Assembly: GCA_902771635.1 (NCBI GenBank)
Contig: CACXXW010000002.1
Location: 18,718-82,717 of the forward strand
DNA: 64,000 bases
Direction of reading: 5' to 3'
Source of the DNA: an uncultured Bacteroidia bacterium
GTDB taxonomy: Bacteria > Bacteroidota > Bacteroidia > Bacteroidales > F082
Below are positions 36,072 to 44,584 of the stretch, piece after piece. The notes beneath the pieces were generated by a model. It made no database searches, was not told where the DNA came from, and saw nothing but the letters and a program-made list of their open reading frames with translations. The translations under genes and the position numbers were made by a program. Position 1 is the stretch's first letter; each line of letters opens with the position of its first letter.

Positions 36072-37157
36072 ATGAAAAAAGTAAGCATCTCCTTCATCAT
36101 CTTGACAATCTTGCTGGTATTTTCAAGTTGCCAGAAAAAAAGCAGTGAGAAAGAAATCCTTTCATTTAAGTTCGTTTCTCCTAACATCGAGGCATCAATT
36201 GAGGACAAGAATATCGTTGCAATAATGCCTTTTGGTACTGATGTAACGAATTTGGTACCGGTCATTTCGGTTTCCGATAAAGCAACGGTTAATCCTGCTT
36301 CGGGTGAACCTAAGGACTTTACTCAGCCCGTTTCCTATACGGTAACAGCCGAAGATGGTTCGCAAGCTGTTTATTCAGCCACTGTCATTGTTAAAGCTAA
36401 GAGCAGCGAGAAAAGAATCCTATCGTTTAGGTTTGCTTCTTTAGATCTTAATGCTACTATTGATGAAAGCACGAAGGTAATAAAAGCCACCGTGCCTATG
36501 GTTACCGATGTCTCAGCTTTGGTGCCCACAATTACAGTATCTTTGGGAGCAAGTATTGACCCAGTCTCGGGTGTGGCCACTGACTTCACCCAACCTGTAA
36601 CCTATACGGTGACTGCTGAAGACGGCTCTCAAGCCAGTTATACTGCTATTGTAGCTAATGAAATGCCATTGAATCCTTTCCTTGGTGTTTGGGGCGTCGA
36701 ACAACTTGATTACTACAATGTTGATTACGCTGGCAACCCGATTGCTGTTTCCTTGGAGACATTCAATTTCGATCCATACGACATTGACAATGGTATCCAA
36801 TTGGTTTTCAGGGAAGACAAATCGGGTGATATGAGGGATAGTTCACTGGATTCTATTTGGGTAGATGATCATTACATCGTTTGTCCCGATACAGTAATTG
36901 TGACGAGATACACTTATTCTTTTGATTTTGAGACTTCCGTTTTGTATATGAATATGGAATATGGACGGACTTTTGCGCTTCAGATTGTGGAACAAAGTAC
37001 AGATGCTTTTGTTTATGAAAACAGATATGCCCAAGATTATGTCGAAAAGGCTTATCTTAGAAGAATTTCATCTGTTCCTGACAAGTCAAAACCAACAAGC
37101 TATATAAATCAAGCACAATCTTATAAATATAAGGAAGGCTCTTTGTTGAGGAGATAG
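36072..37157 (+). CDS. Lipoprotein with two tandem ~85-aa Ig-like repeats
   Basis: Start at MKKVSISFIILTILLVFSSC. The repeat EK(E/R)ILSF(K/R)F...DFTQPV(S/T)YTVTAEDGSQ occurs twice. Confidence 0.6.
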   Translation: MKKVSISFIILTILLVFSSCQKKSSEKEILSFKFVSPNIEASIEDKNIVAIMPFGTDVTNLVPVISVSDKATVNPASGEPKDFTQPVSYTVTAEDGSQAVYSATVIVKAKSSEKRILSFRFASLDLNATIDESTKVIKATVPMVTDVSALVPTITVSLGASIDPVSGVATDFTQPVTYTVTAEDGSQASYTAIVANEMPLNPFLGVWGVEQLDYYNVDYAGNPIAVSLETFNFDPYDIDNGIQLVFREDKSGDMRDSSLDSIWVDDHYIVCPDTVIVTRYTYSFDFETSVLYMNMEYGRTFALQIVEQSTDAFVYENRYAQDYVEKAYLRRISSVPDKSKPTSYINQAQSYKYKEGSLLRR

Positions 37158-37166
37158 TGTAATCTC

Positions 37167-38402
37167 TTATTGCACCAATTCCTTCGGATAGCAAATGAAA
37201 TGCTTCACCACGGGCTGCGAGAGCACCGAAATATTCAGTTGGTCGGAGGCCTCGCTGATGTCTTTTAGTGTGCCATCCTTATATAAGATGTTGATGGCTG
37301 GCTTTTTGGGATGGTAGGCGTGGTTGGATGAAACGCCCTGCAACAGCATGAAATCTGCCTCCTCCAACGACCAACCATACAGTCTTGCAATCTTGTTCCG
37401 AATGTCATCGATATAGTCTGGTTCGAACGCGCCTTCACGCATCTCGATTTTGAACAAATGTCTGTCCGTCAGTCGCCTGCAAAGTTCGGAAAGGACGCGG
37501 TCTTCATCGTCGCACCAGGCTTTTACTGCCGTCATTACATCGTAGTCATCTAGTTGGCAGAACTTGTCTAGCACGAAATCGGGGTCGTCGCTTTCGAAAG
37601 GATTTTGGCTTTTCAGGAAGAACGACAGGGCAGGGGTGGCGAACAAGTCGCGCTCCTGGCTGAGCATCTTGGCGCGTTTCAGGATGTTGCGCAGCATATA
37701 CTCGGCACTCAACACGGCCTTGTGCATATACACTTGCCAATACATGATACGTCGTGCCACAATGAAACTCTCCACGGAATAGATGCCCTTGGCTTCAATG
37801 GCCAAGTCGTTGTCGACCACTTCCATCATCTCCAACAAACGCTCTGCGTTCACACTGCCCTCGGCCACACCTGTGAAGAAACTGTCACGCTTCAGATAGT
37901 CGATGCGGTCGACATCCAACTGACTGGAAATAAGTTTGGTAAGAAAACCTTTGTAATACTTTCCAGTAAAGATTTCGATGGCCATGTCCAAACGATTCTC
38001 ATGGATGGCATTGAACTTCTGCATCACCTTCAACGAGAGCTCCTCGTGCGAGATGCCGTGAACAATGCTGTTCTCCAAAGTGTGGGAGAAAGGGCCATGG
38101 CCACTGTCGTGGAGCAGGATGGCAACGGAAGCGGCTTCCAGTTCCTCATCCGTAATTTCATAACCCTTGCCGCGCAACAGTTGTATGGCGCGTCGCATCA
38201 GATGCATGGCACCAAGGCTGTGGGCAAAACGGGTGTGGTTGGCACCAGGATACACCAAATTGGTCATGCTGACCTGCTTGATGCGCCTAAGTCGTTGGAA
38301 ATAAGGATGTTCTATGATGTCGAAATGCAGTTCATCAGGGATGCTGACGAAGCCGTAAATGGGGTCGTTGAAGATTTTCTTTTTGTTGGATGCGTTTGCC
38401 AT
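37167..38402 (-). CDS. HD-domain phosphohydrolase (dNTP triphosphohydrolase/SAMHD1-like)
   Basis: KIFNDPIYGFVSI, FQRLRRIKQ, HTRFAHSLG and LLHDSGHGPFSH. Confidence 0.8.
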   Translation of the reverse strand: MANASNKKKIFNDPIYGFVSIPDELHFDIIEHPYFQRLRRIKQVSMTNLVYPGANHTRFAHSLGAMHLMRRAIQLLRGKGYEITDEELEAASVAILLHDSGHGPFSHTLENSIVHGISHEELSLKVMQKFNAIHENRLDMAIEIFTGKYYKGFLTKLISSQLDVDRIDYLKRDSFFTGVAEGSVNAERLLEMMEVVDNDLAIEAKGIYSVESFIVARRIMYWQVYMHKAVLSAEYMLRNILKRAKMLSQERDLFATPALSFFLKSQNPFESDDPDFVLDKFCQLDDYDVMTAVKAWCDDEDRVLSELCRRLTDRHLFKIEMREGAFEPDYIDDIRNKIARLYGWSLEEADFMLLQGVSSNHAYHPKKPAINILYKDGTLKDISEASDQLNISVLSQPVVKHFICYPKELVQ

Positions 38403-38420
38403 GTGCCGCTAATTTTGCCG

Positions 38421-38428
38421 CAAAGGTA
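38421..38428 (-). promoter_or_regulatory. -7 box TACCTTTG for the HD gene
   Basis: Forward caaaggta lies 19 nt upstream of the ATG at 38402. Confidence 0.45.
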
Positions 38429-38498
38429 GTGCATTTTTTTTCAAGTCTTTAAAACAAAACCCTTGTTTTCGCGTTTCATACCCATAAACACTTAAACT

Positions 38499-40052
38499 AT
38501 GGACAAAACGACAATCCTCTGGGCAGATGATGAGATTGATCTCCTGAAGCCCCATATCATGTTTTTGGAACAGAAAGGCTATGAAGTAGTTACGGCCAAC
38601 AACGGCTCCGATGCCATTGACCTCGTGCGCCAACGTCATTTCGACATTGTTTTTTTGGATGAACAAATGCCTGGTATCTCGGGCATTGAGGCGCTTGAAG
38701 TCATCAAACGCGAATATCCTAACCTCCCCGTGGTGATGATTACCAAGAGCGAGGAGGAACGAATCATGGAAGATGCAATTGGGTCAAACATAGCGGATTA
38801 CCTCATCAAGCCTGTTAACCCGAACCAAATCCTGCTTTCACTGAAACGCAACCTCGAGAACAAGAAACTTCGCGATGAGAAGTCGACGATGAGCTACCAG
38901 CAGGAATTCCGCAAAATCAGCATGGATCTTAACAACAACCTTAACTTCGATGAGTGGGTTGACCTCTATAAGAATTTGGTACGTTGGGAGTTGGAACTTC
39001 AAAAATCGACCGATGAAGGCATCAAGGGCATCCTCGCCGACCAGAAACAGGAGGCCAACACACAATTCACGCGCTACATTGAACGAAACTATGTCGATTG
39101 GATCCAAGGTAAGTCGGAGAAACCCGTCATGTCGCATACCGTAGTGCGCGACAAGGTGATTCCACGCCTCGATGACAGCGACAAACCACTCTTCCTCATT
39201 GTCATTGATAATCTGCGTTACGACCAATGGAAGGCCATCCAACCGCTCATCGAGACCTATTTCCGCGTGGAGGCCGATGATATCTATTACAGCATTCTGC
39301 CTACTACAACACAATACGCTCGCAATTCCCTCTTTGCAGGACTGATGCCACTCGAAATCCGTCGTCGCTACCCGAAATGGTGGGTTGATGAAGAGGATGA
39401 GGGCACAAAGAACCAGTATGAAGGCGAACTGCTAGGTGAGCAGCTGAAGCGTTTTGGAAAGAACATAAAGTACTCATATAATAAGGTGTTGAACCTGCAA
39501 GCGGGTAAGAAACTCTACGACCAAATGGCCAACTTGATGCCTAACAAGCTGAATGTCATTGTCTACAACTTTGTTGACATGCTCTCGCATGCCCGCACTG
39601 AGATGGAAATCATCCGTGAGCTGGCCGACGATGAGGAAGCCTACCGCTCGCTGATGTACTCGTGGTTCGAGCATTCCAGCCTTTTCGACATGATGCGTTT
39701 CATCGCGGAGAAGGGTTGCGACATGATTATCACCACCGACCATGGCTCCACCTATGTTGAAAAGCCCGTCCGCATCCTTGGCGACCGCGAAGTGAATACC
39801 AACCTGCGCTACAAGTACGGCAAGAACCTGAAATACAACCCCAAAGAAGTCTTCGAGGTGAAAGATCCGGAGAAGATATTCCTGCCTAAGGTCAACCTAA
39901 GCACAACCTATGTCTTCGCAGGTGAAAGCGACTTCTTTGCTTACCCGAACAACTACAACTATTACGTGAGCTATTACCGCAACACCTTCCAGCACGGCGG
40001 TATCTCCATGAGCGAAATGCTGATTCCAGTGACGCATCTCACGGCGAAGTGA
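38499..40052 (+). CDS. porX: Response regulator with C-terminal PglZ/alkaline-phosphatase-superfamily domain (PorX-type T9SS regulator)
   Basis: CheY-like receiver (ILWADDE...FLDEQMPG...ITKSEE) followed by a ~380-aa PglZ-like domain. 517 aa, the size and architecture of P. gingivalis PorX. Confidence 0.75.
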   Translation: MDKTTILWADDEIDLLKPHIMFLEQKGYEVVTANNGSDAIDLVRQRHFDIVFLDEQMPGISGIEALEVIKREYPNLPVVMITKSEEERIMEDAIGSNIADYLIKPVNPNQILLSLKRNLENKKLRDEKSTMSYQQEFRKISMDLNNNLNFDEWVDLYKNLVRWELELQKSTDEGIKGILADQKQEANTQFTRYIERNYVDWIQGKSEKPVMSHTVVRDKVIPRLDDSDKPLFLIVIDNLRYDQWKAIQPLIETYFRVEADDIYYSILPTTTQYARNSLFAGLMPLEIRRRYPKWWVDEEDEGTKNQYEGELLGEQLKRFGKNIKYSYNKVLNLQAGKKLYDQMANLMPNKLNVIVYNFVDMLSHARTEMEIIRELADDEEAYRSLMYSWFEHSSLFDMMRFIAEKGCDMIITTDHGSTYVEKPVRILGDREVNTNLRYKYGKNLKYNPKEVFEVKDPEKIFLPKVNLSTTYVFAGESDFFAYPNNYNYYVSYYRNTFQHGGISMSEMLIPVTHLTAK

Positions 40053-40074
40053 TGATGGAATGATTGTCGCTTCG

Positions 40075-40152
40075 CGTCATTATGAGGAATGAAGCAATCC
40101 AGATAAAGAGTTATACATCTGGATGGCTTCGTCGTTCCTCCTCGCAATGACG
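40075..40152. repeat. Long imperfect hairpin (cgtcattatgaggaatgaagcaatccagat / atctggatggcttcgtcgttcctcctcgcaatgacg)
   Basis: Seen directly between porX and tsaE. Terminator-like, and of the IASSFLLAMT type common in Bacteroidota intergenic DNA. Confidence 0.6.
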
Positions 40153-40172
40153 TAAAACGAACGAAAAAGTAT

Positions 40173-40180
40173 TATCTTTG
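40173..40180 (+). promoter_or_regulatory. -7 box TATCTTTG for tsaE-aroB-aroA
   Basis: Lies 20 nt upstream of the ATG at 40200. Confidence 0.5.
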
Positions 40181-40199
40181 CAGCGCAAATTCCAAAGAA

Positions 40200-40643
40200 A
40201 TGAATTCCAAAGAATTCCATATTAGCGGTGTGGAGCAACTCTCAGAAATCTCCGAATACTTGATTTCCCTGCGTGATCAAGCCGACATCATCGCGTTCTA
40301 CGGGTCAATGGGTGCGGGCAAGACTACGCTAATCAAAAACTTATGTCACAGAATGGGTGTCACCGACGAGGTGAATAGTCCGACGTTTGCCATTGTCAAT
40401 GAATACGTTACGGAAGAAGGTGAGTCGGTCTATCATTTTGACTTCTATCGTATTAAGAAGTTGGAAGAGGCCTACGACATCGGCTATGAGAACTATTTCG
40501 ACAGCGGCAACCTCTGCCTCATCGAATGGCCTGAGATGATAGAACCACTTTTGCCTGAGAAATATATCCGTGTTGAGATTCAGCATGGTGAAACGGATGA
40601 TGAGCGAGTGATTACCTGCGAATTGCTTACTGATAATGTGTGA
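40200..40643 (+). CDS. tsaE: tRNA t6A biosynthesis ATPase TsaE
   Basis: YGSMGAGKTTLIK Walker A, SPTFAIVNEY and HFDFYRI. Confidence 0.85.
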   Translation: MNSKEFHISGVEQLSEISEYLISLRDQADIIAFYGSMGAGKTTLIKNLCHRMGVTDEVNSPTFAIVNEYVTEEGESVYHFDFYRIKKLEEAYDIGYENYFDSGNLCLIEWPEMIEPLLPEKYIRVEIQHGETDDERVITCELLTDNV

Positions 40644-40657
40644 TTTGAAAATGAAAC

Positions 40658-40777
40658 AAGCCTCAGAATGCATAGATTCCCGCCAGCGCACTGGCCAACA
40701 TTGGAATGACATGCATTCTGAGGCTTTGGGAAGCATGTCATTCCTGCGGAGGGTAGCGGGGAGCTTGGAATCTATGC
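40658..40777. repeat. Palindromic element family 2, lying inside the 5' end of the aroB ORF
   Basis: gcctcagaatgcat/atgcattctgaggc (14 bp perfect) plus modules gcatagattcc, ggaatgacatgc, gcatgtcattcc and ggaatctatgc, shared with 18067-18176. Confidence 0.75.
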
Positions 40778-41760
40778 TTTCTGAAACCTCTCAAGTCTTC
40801 ATCCTGACCGATGAGAATGTAGCCCCGTTTTGGCTACCCGAAGTGGCTCATTGGCTGCATTGTGATTCGACAAATGAGATTGTTATCAAGGCGGGCGAAC
40901 AATACAAAAACCTGCAAACTGTTCAACGCATTTGGAAAACTTTGATGAAGCATCATGCCGACCGTAACGCTTTGCTTATCAACCTCGGGGGCGGAACCAT
41001 TACCGACTTGGGTGGATTTGCAGCCTCAACTTACAAGCGCGGCATCAAGTTCATCAATGTGCCGACCACATTGCTCGCGATGGTTGATGCAGCGATAGGA
41101 GGGAAGACGGGCATCGATTTCGGTGGGGCGAAAAACCAAATCGGCACCTTCGCTGAGGCGGAAGATGTGATGATCAATCCTGTTTTCTTGGAAACTCTTC
41201 CCCCAAGGGAAATTCATTCAGGTTTGGCTGAAATGCTGAAATACGGCTTTATTGCTGATGCCAACTTATTGAATGTCAATTTGAAGAACTATCAGCAGCA
41301 TATTGATCGATGTGGTGAAATCAAACGGGACATTGTGGCAAAAGACCCGACTGAAAAAGGCTTGCGCAAGATATTGAACTTTGGACATACGCTGGGCCAT
41401 GCCATCGAGAGCTATTGCTTAACAACGGATCATCCCTTGCTTCATGGTGAGGCGGTAGCATTGGGTATGGTTGGTGCTTTATGGCTATCCGTTAAGCAAT
41501 GTTGCCTTAATGAAAAAGTCCTGAAAGACTACGAGGCAAAGTTGCCTATGTTGCTTTCGGAAGCGGAAATCTCGCTTTCGGAAGCTGATATTGAGCCGAT
41601 TTTGGGTTATCTTGTCCACGACAAGAAAAACAAAGGAGAAAACCCACAATTCGTTCTGCTTGAAGCAGTTGGTAGACCCGTTTGGGATGTTTTGGTAGAC
41701 TATGACACCGTCAAAAGGTCACTTGAATTCATCATAACAAATGAGTATGGGAAACGCTGA
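40774..41760 (+). CDS. aroB: 3-dehydroquinate synthase (start uncertain: in-frame ATGs at 40636, 40651, 40735, 40774)
   Basis: VFILTDENV, GGGTITDLGGFAAS, VPTTLLAMVDAAIGGKTG and HGEAVALGM. The region upstream of 40774 is repeat-derived. Confidence 0.8.
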   Translation: MLSETSQVFILTDENVAPFWLPEVAHWLHCDSTNEIVIKAGEQYKNLQTVQRIWKTLMKHHADRNALLINLGGGTITDLGGFAASTYKRGIKFINVPTTLLAMVDAAIGGKTGIDFGGAKNQIGTFAEAEDVMINPVFLETLPPREIHSGLAEMLKYGFIADANLLNVNLKNYQQHIDRCGEIKRDIVAKDPTEKGLRKILNFGHTLGHAIESYCLTTDHPLLHGEAVALGMVGALWLSVKQCCLNEKVLKDYEAKLPMLLSEAEISLSEADIEPILGYLVHDKKNKGENPQFVLLEAVGRPVWDVLVDYDTVKRSLEFIITNEYGKR

Positions 41761-41766
41761 CCAGAC

Positions 41767-41871
41767 CTCCTTGTCCTCATTGCGGGCGCAGACCCGCAAT
41801 CTCCCGAACAAAGGAGACGCCTCTTCGTGCTCGGGAGATGGCGGATGTTCCTCCGCCATGAGGACCAGGAG
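41767..41871 (+). other. Cloverleaf-like structured element spanning the aroB-aroA junction
   Basis: Outer stem 41767-41780/41858-41871 (13 of 14 bp) encloses three abutting hairpins: 41779-41800, 41801-41837 and 41838-41859. The aroA ATG (41858) lies in the stems. Confidence 0.6.
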
Positions 41872-43111
41872 CGGAAGGGTCGTGCGTTTTGGGGAGGTTG
41901 CCCTTCCTCCTAGCAAAAGCGAAAGCAACCGCGCCTTGATGATTGCAGCGTACGGTGAGTTTGAACCGGATTTTCAGAATCTGTCCGATTCTAATGACAC
42001 AAAGGTGTTGATGAAAGCATTGGATAGTTTGCCTTTTATAGATTCCCGCCTGCGCACAATTCCACGTTGGAATGACATAAAAGGCATGCCTCAAATTGTA
42101 GACATCGCTGATTGCGGCACTGCGGCGCGTTTCCTAACGACTTATCTTGCGTGTCATGAAGGAGATTGGCTCTTGACGGGCACACAGCGAATGAAGCAGC
42201 GCCCTATGGTTCCTATAGTGGAGGCATTGAGAGGTTTAGGGGCAGATATCCAGTGTGTTGACAAAGAGGGCTGTCTGCCATTGCGAATTGTTGGGAAGCC
42301 GATTTCAGGGGGTAAAGTCACCGTCGACATGAGTCAAAGCAGTCAGTTTGCCTCATCTTTGCTTTTGGCAGCTCCAATGTGGCCACAAGGTCTTGAAATG
42401 GAACTGATTGGTGAACTTAGTTCTTTGCCCTATCTCGAAATGACCTTGACCATGATGCGGCATTTCGGCGCAAAGATCGAGCAAAGTGATAGGATGATAA
42501 AGGTATTTCCAAAACATTATCATTCAATGTTTTTTGAGATTGAGGCAGACTGGAGTGCAGCTTCCTATTGGTATGAAATGGCAGCATTGAGCGAGGAATG
42601 CGAAATCAGGTTGCATGGATTGGTCGGCCCTTCGACCCTTCGATGGGCATCAGGGACCACAGGCTCAGGGGCCTCTAGCCTACAAGGTGATGTGGTCATC
42701 GTGGATTGGATGAGACAATTGGGAGTTGGCACTTTTGTTGAAGATAAGGCAGTTGTCCTACGAAAGATACCTTTTGAAAAACGCCCGCTCTGTTTCGATT
42801 TCTCTGCTCATCCCGACCTCTATCCGACCATGGCGGCCACTTGTGCAGGATTGGGCATTGAAGCTAGGTTTTTAGGTATTGATAATCTGCATCTTAAGGA
42901 ATCAGATAGGGTGGAGGCCATGCAAACTGAATTGGCGAAATTGAGTCAACAACCCGTGCAATTTTGCGCTCACAACGACCATCGCATCGTGATGGCTTTG
43001 GCACCGCTCTCGATGCTCGTTGGTCCTGTGGATTTCGACCATCCCGAAGTGGTAGAAAAATCGTACCCAAGGTTTTGGGAAGATGCCTCTTTTTGCCAGT
43101 TAATGAGGTAA
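41858..43111 (+). CDS. aroA: 3-phosphoshikimate 1-carboxyvinyltransferase (EPSP synthase)
   Basis: Start at MRTRSGRVVRFGEVALPPSKSESNRALMIAA, plus LQGD and LKESDR motifs. The ORF-track start at 41741 overlaps aroB and is repeat-derived. Confidence 0.85.
   Translation: MRTRSGRVVRFGEVALPPSKSESNRALMIAAYGEFEPDFQNLSDSNDTKVLMKALDSLPFIDSRLRTIPRWNDIKGMPQIVDIADCGTAARFLTTYLACHEGDWLLTGTQRMKQRPMVPIVEALRGLGADIQCVDKEGCLPLRIVGKPISGGKVTVDMSQSSQFASSLLLAAPMWPQGLEMELIGELSSLPYLEMTLTMMRHFGAKIEQSDRMIKVFPKHYHSMFFEIEADWSAASYWYEMAALSEECEIRLHGLVGPSTLRWASGTTGSGASSLQGDVVIVDWMRQLGVGTFVEDKAVVLRKIPFEKRPLCFDFSAHPDLYPTMAATCAGLGIEARFLGIDNLHLKESDRVEAMQTELAKLSQQPVQFCAHNDHRIVMALAPLSMLVGPVDFDHPEVVEKSYPRFWEDASFCQLMR
42623..42675. 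repeat. REP-like family 1 unit inserted in frame within aroA
   Basis: 50 of 53 nt identical to the reverse complement of 6255-6307 by manual alignment. Translates as VGPSTLRWASGTTGSGAS. Confidence 0.8.
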
Positions 43112-43158
43112 AAACACCAGTTTTTAAGAATTATTGGCCTTAGTATTAAGAAAATCCG

Positions 43159-43166
43159 TACTTTTG
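43159..43166 (+). promoter_or_regulatory. -7 box TACTTTTG
   Basis: Lies 23 nt upstream of the ATG at 43189. Confidence 0.45.
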
Positions 43167-43188
43167 CGCGATTTTTGCATACTATGTC

Positions 43189-43911
43189 ATGAAAGTTGAG
43201 CTGTTTGTACCATGCATCATCGACCAGTTTTTCCCCACTGTGGCGGCCCATACCATGAAATTATTGGAGCGTACGGGCGTTGAGGTGGAGTACAATCCTG
43301 AGCAGACTTGTTGTGGACGTTTTGCCTACAATGCCGGCTTTACTGAAGAGGCCAAGGAATTGGGTGACAAGTTTCTCAACGATTTTTCATACGATGGTCC
43401 GGTGGTGGCACCCTCGGCGGCTTGTGTGCATTACATCAAAAAACGCTATCCTGAGTTGTTTTTCAATACGGCCAATCACTTGAATTTCAAGCGGATGGTG
43501 GCTAATGTCTATGAATTGACCGATTTTTTGGTCAATAAAGTGTATTTTGATGATTTCGGTGCAGAATTCCCATATAAAGTAACATTCCATGACAGCTGTA
43601 GCGCCTTGAGAGGCTTGGGACTCGGCAAGGAGGCACGTCAGTTGCTATCGAAGGTGAGAGGTCTTGAACTGGTTGAGATGAAGCAGACCGATATGTGCTG
43701 TGGTGCCGATTTCTCACTGGAGGTCAACAATGAGACATTGGCCATGGGTATGGCAAGTCATAAGGTGAAAAATGCATTGAATACTGGTGCAGAGTATATC
43801 GTTTCTACCGACATGACATGCTTGATGCATCAGAAAGCGTACATTGAGAAGGAAGGCTTGCCCATCAAGGTGATTCATATCGCCGATGTGTTGGCCTCGG
43901 GATGGGAATGA
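43189..43911 (+). CDS. LutA/YkgE-like (Fe-S) CCG-domain oxidoreductase subunit
   Basis: MKVELFVPCIIDQFFP, EQTCCG and a second CCG motif MCCG. Confidence 0.75.
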   Translation: MKVELFVPCIIDQFFPTVAAHTMKLLERTGVEVEYNPEQTCCGRFAYNAGFTEEAKELGDKFLNDFSYDGPVVAPSAACVHYIKKRYPELFFNTANHLNFKRMVANVYELTDFLVNKVYFDDFGAEFPYKVTFHDSCSALRGLGLGKEARQLLSKVRGLELVEMKQTDMCCGADFSLEVNNETLAMGMASHKVKNALNTGAEYIVSTDMTCLMHQKAYIEKEGLPIKVIHIADVLASGWE

Positions 43912-43916
43912 GAAGT

Positions 43917-43968
43917 GAGGTCCCTGAGCTTGCGGTTGCTGAGCACAGCCGAAGCATCGAAGGGCCGA
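43917..43968. repeat. REP-like family 1 element
   Basis: gaggtccctgagcttgcggttgctgagcacagccgaagcatcgaagggccga. Confidence 0.75.
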
Positions 43969-43996
43969 TTTGTTATTTATTATGAAGAGTTAAAAA

Positions 43997-44566
43997 ATGA
44001 ACGACTACTACATACACGAAAGCAGTTACGTTGATGATAACGTGAGCATAGGAAAAGGAACTAAGATTTGGCATTTTTGTCATATCCAGTCGGGTGCCGT
44101 CATCGGCGAAGGCTGTTCTTTCGGACAGAATGTGAACGTGGGCAACAATGTGAAGATTGGCAATGGTGTTCGCGTGCAAAACAATGTCTCTATTTACGAA
44201 GGTGTTGAGATTGAGGACAATGTGTTCTGCGGACCAAGTTGCGTTTTCACCAATGTGACTACGCCGCGTGCGCATTTTCCCGTACATGGCGTGTATGCCA
44301 AAACCAAGATTTGCGAAGGCGCTTCTTTGGGTGCCAACTGTACTGTGGTTTGCGGCCACACCGTGGGCAAAAGCGCTCTCATTGCTGCCGGAGCCGTGGT
44401 GACCAAGGACGTGAAATCATATGCTTTGATGGCTGGTGTACCCGCACGACAGATAGGCTGGGTGTGCGAATGCGGCAAACGCCTCGACGCGACTCTGCAG
44501 TGTGAATGTGGTCGCCGATATGAAGAGAATAATGGTTGTTTAACTGAACAACTGAACAACTTATAA
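43997..44566 (+). CDS. Left-handed beta-helix sugar N-acetyltransferase (WbpD-like) with C-terminal Cys4 ribbon
   Basis: Hexapeptide repeats ([26 protein letters not shown]) and a CECGKR...CECGRR tail. Confidence 0.7.
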   Translation: MNDYYIHESSYVDDNVSIGKGTKIWHFCHIQSGAVIGEGCSFGQNVNVGNNVKIGNGVRVQNNVSIYEGVEIEDNVFCGPSCVFTNVTTPRAHFPVHGVYAKTKICEGASLGANCTVVCGHTVGKSALIAAGAVVTKDVKSYALMAGVPARQIGWVCECGKRLDATLQCECGRRYEENNGCLTEQLNNL

Positions 44567-44584
44567 CTGAAAACTGAACAACTG

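Noticed and set aside
37167-38402. HD-domain dNTPase-like protein as an anti-phage dGTPase
   Set aside because: This family is a conserved single-copy housekeeping gene in Bacteroidota and sits among core genes. Nothing in the sequence distinguishes a defence role.
38499-40052. PglZ domain as a hint of a BREX or other phage-exclusion system
   Set aside because: The receiver-PglZ architecture and size match the T9SS regulator PorX. No BREX partners (methyltransferase, BrxC ATPase, BrxA/B/L) are nearby.
41741-41857. N-terminal 39-codon extension of aroA overlapping the aroB stop
   Set aside because: The extension is translated from the palindromic junction element. The canonical EPSPS N-terminus (…LPPSKSESNRALM) follows the ATG at 41858.
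43189-43911. Lone lutA-like gene as a remnant of a disrupted lutABC operon
   Set aside because: The ORF is intact with its own promoter box, and no lutB or lutC fragments are visible. Stand-alone CCG-domain proteins exist, so the evidence is insufficient.
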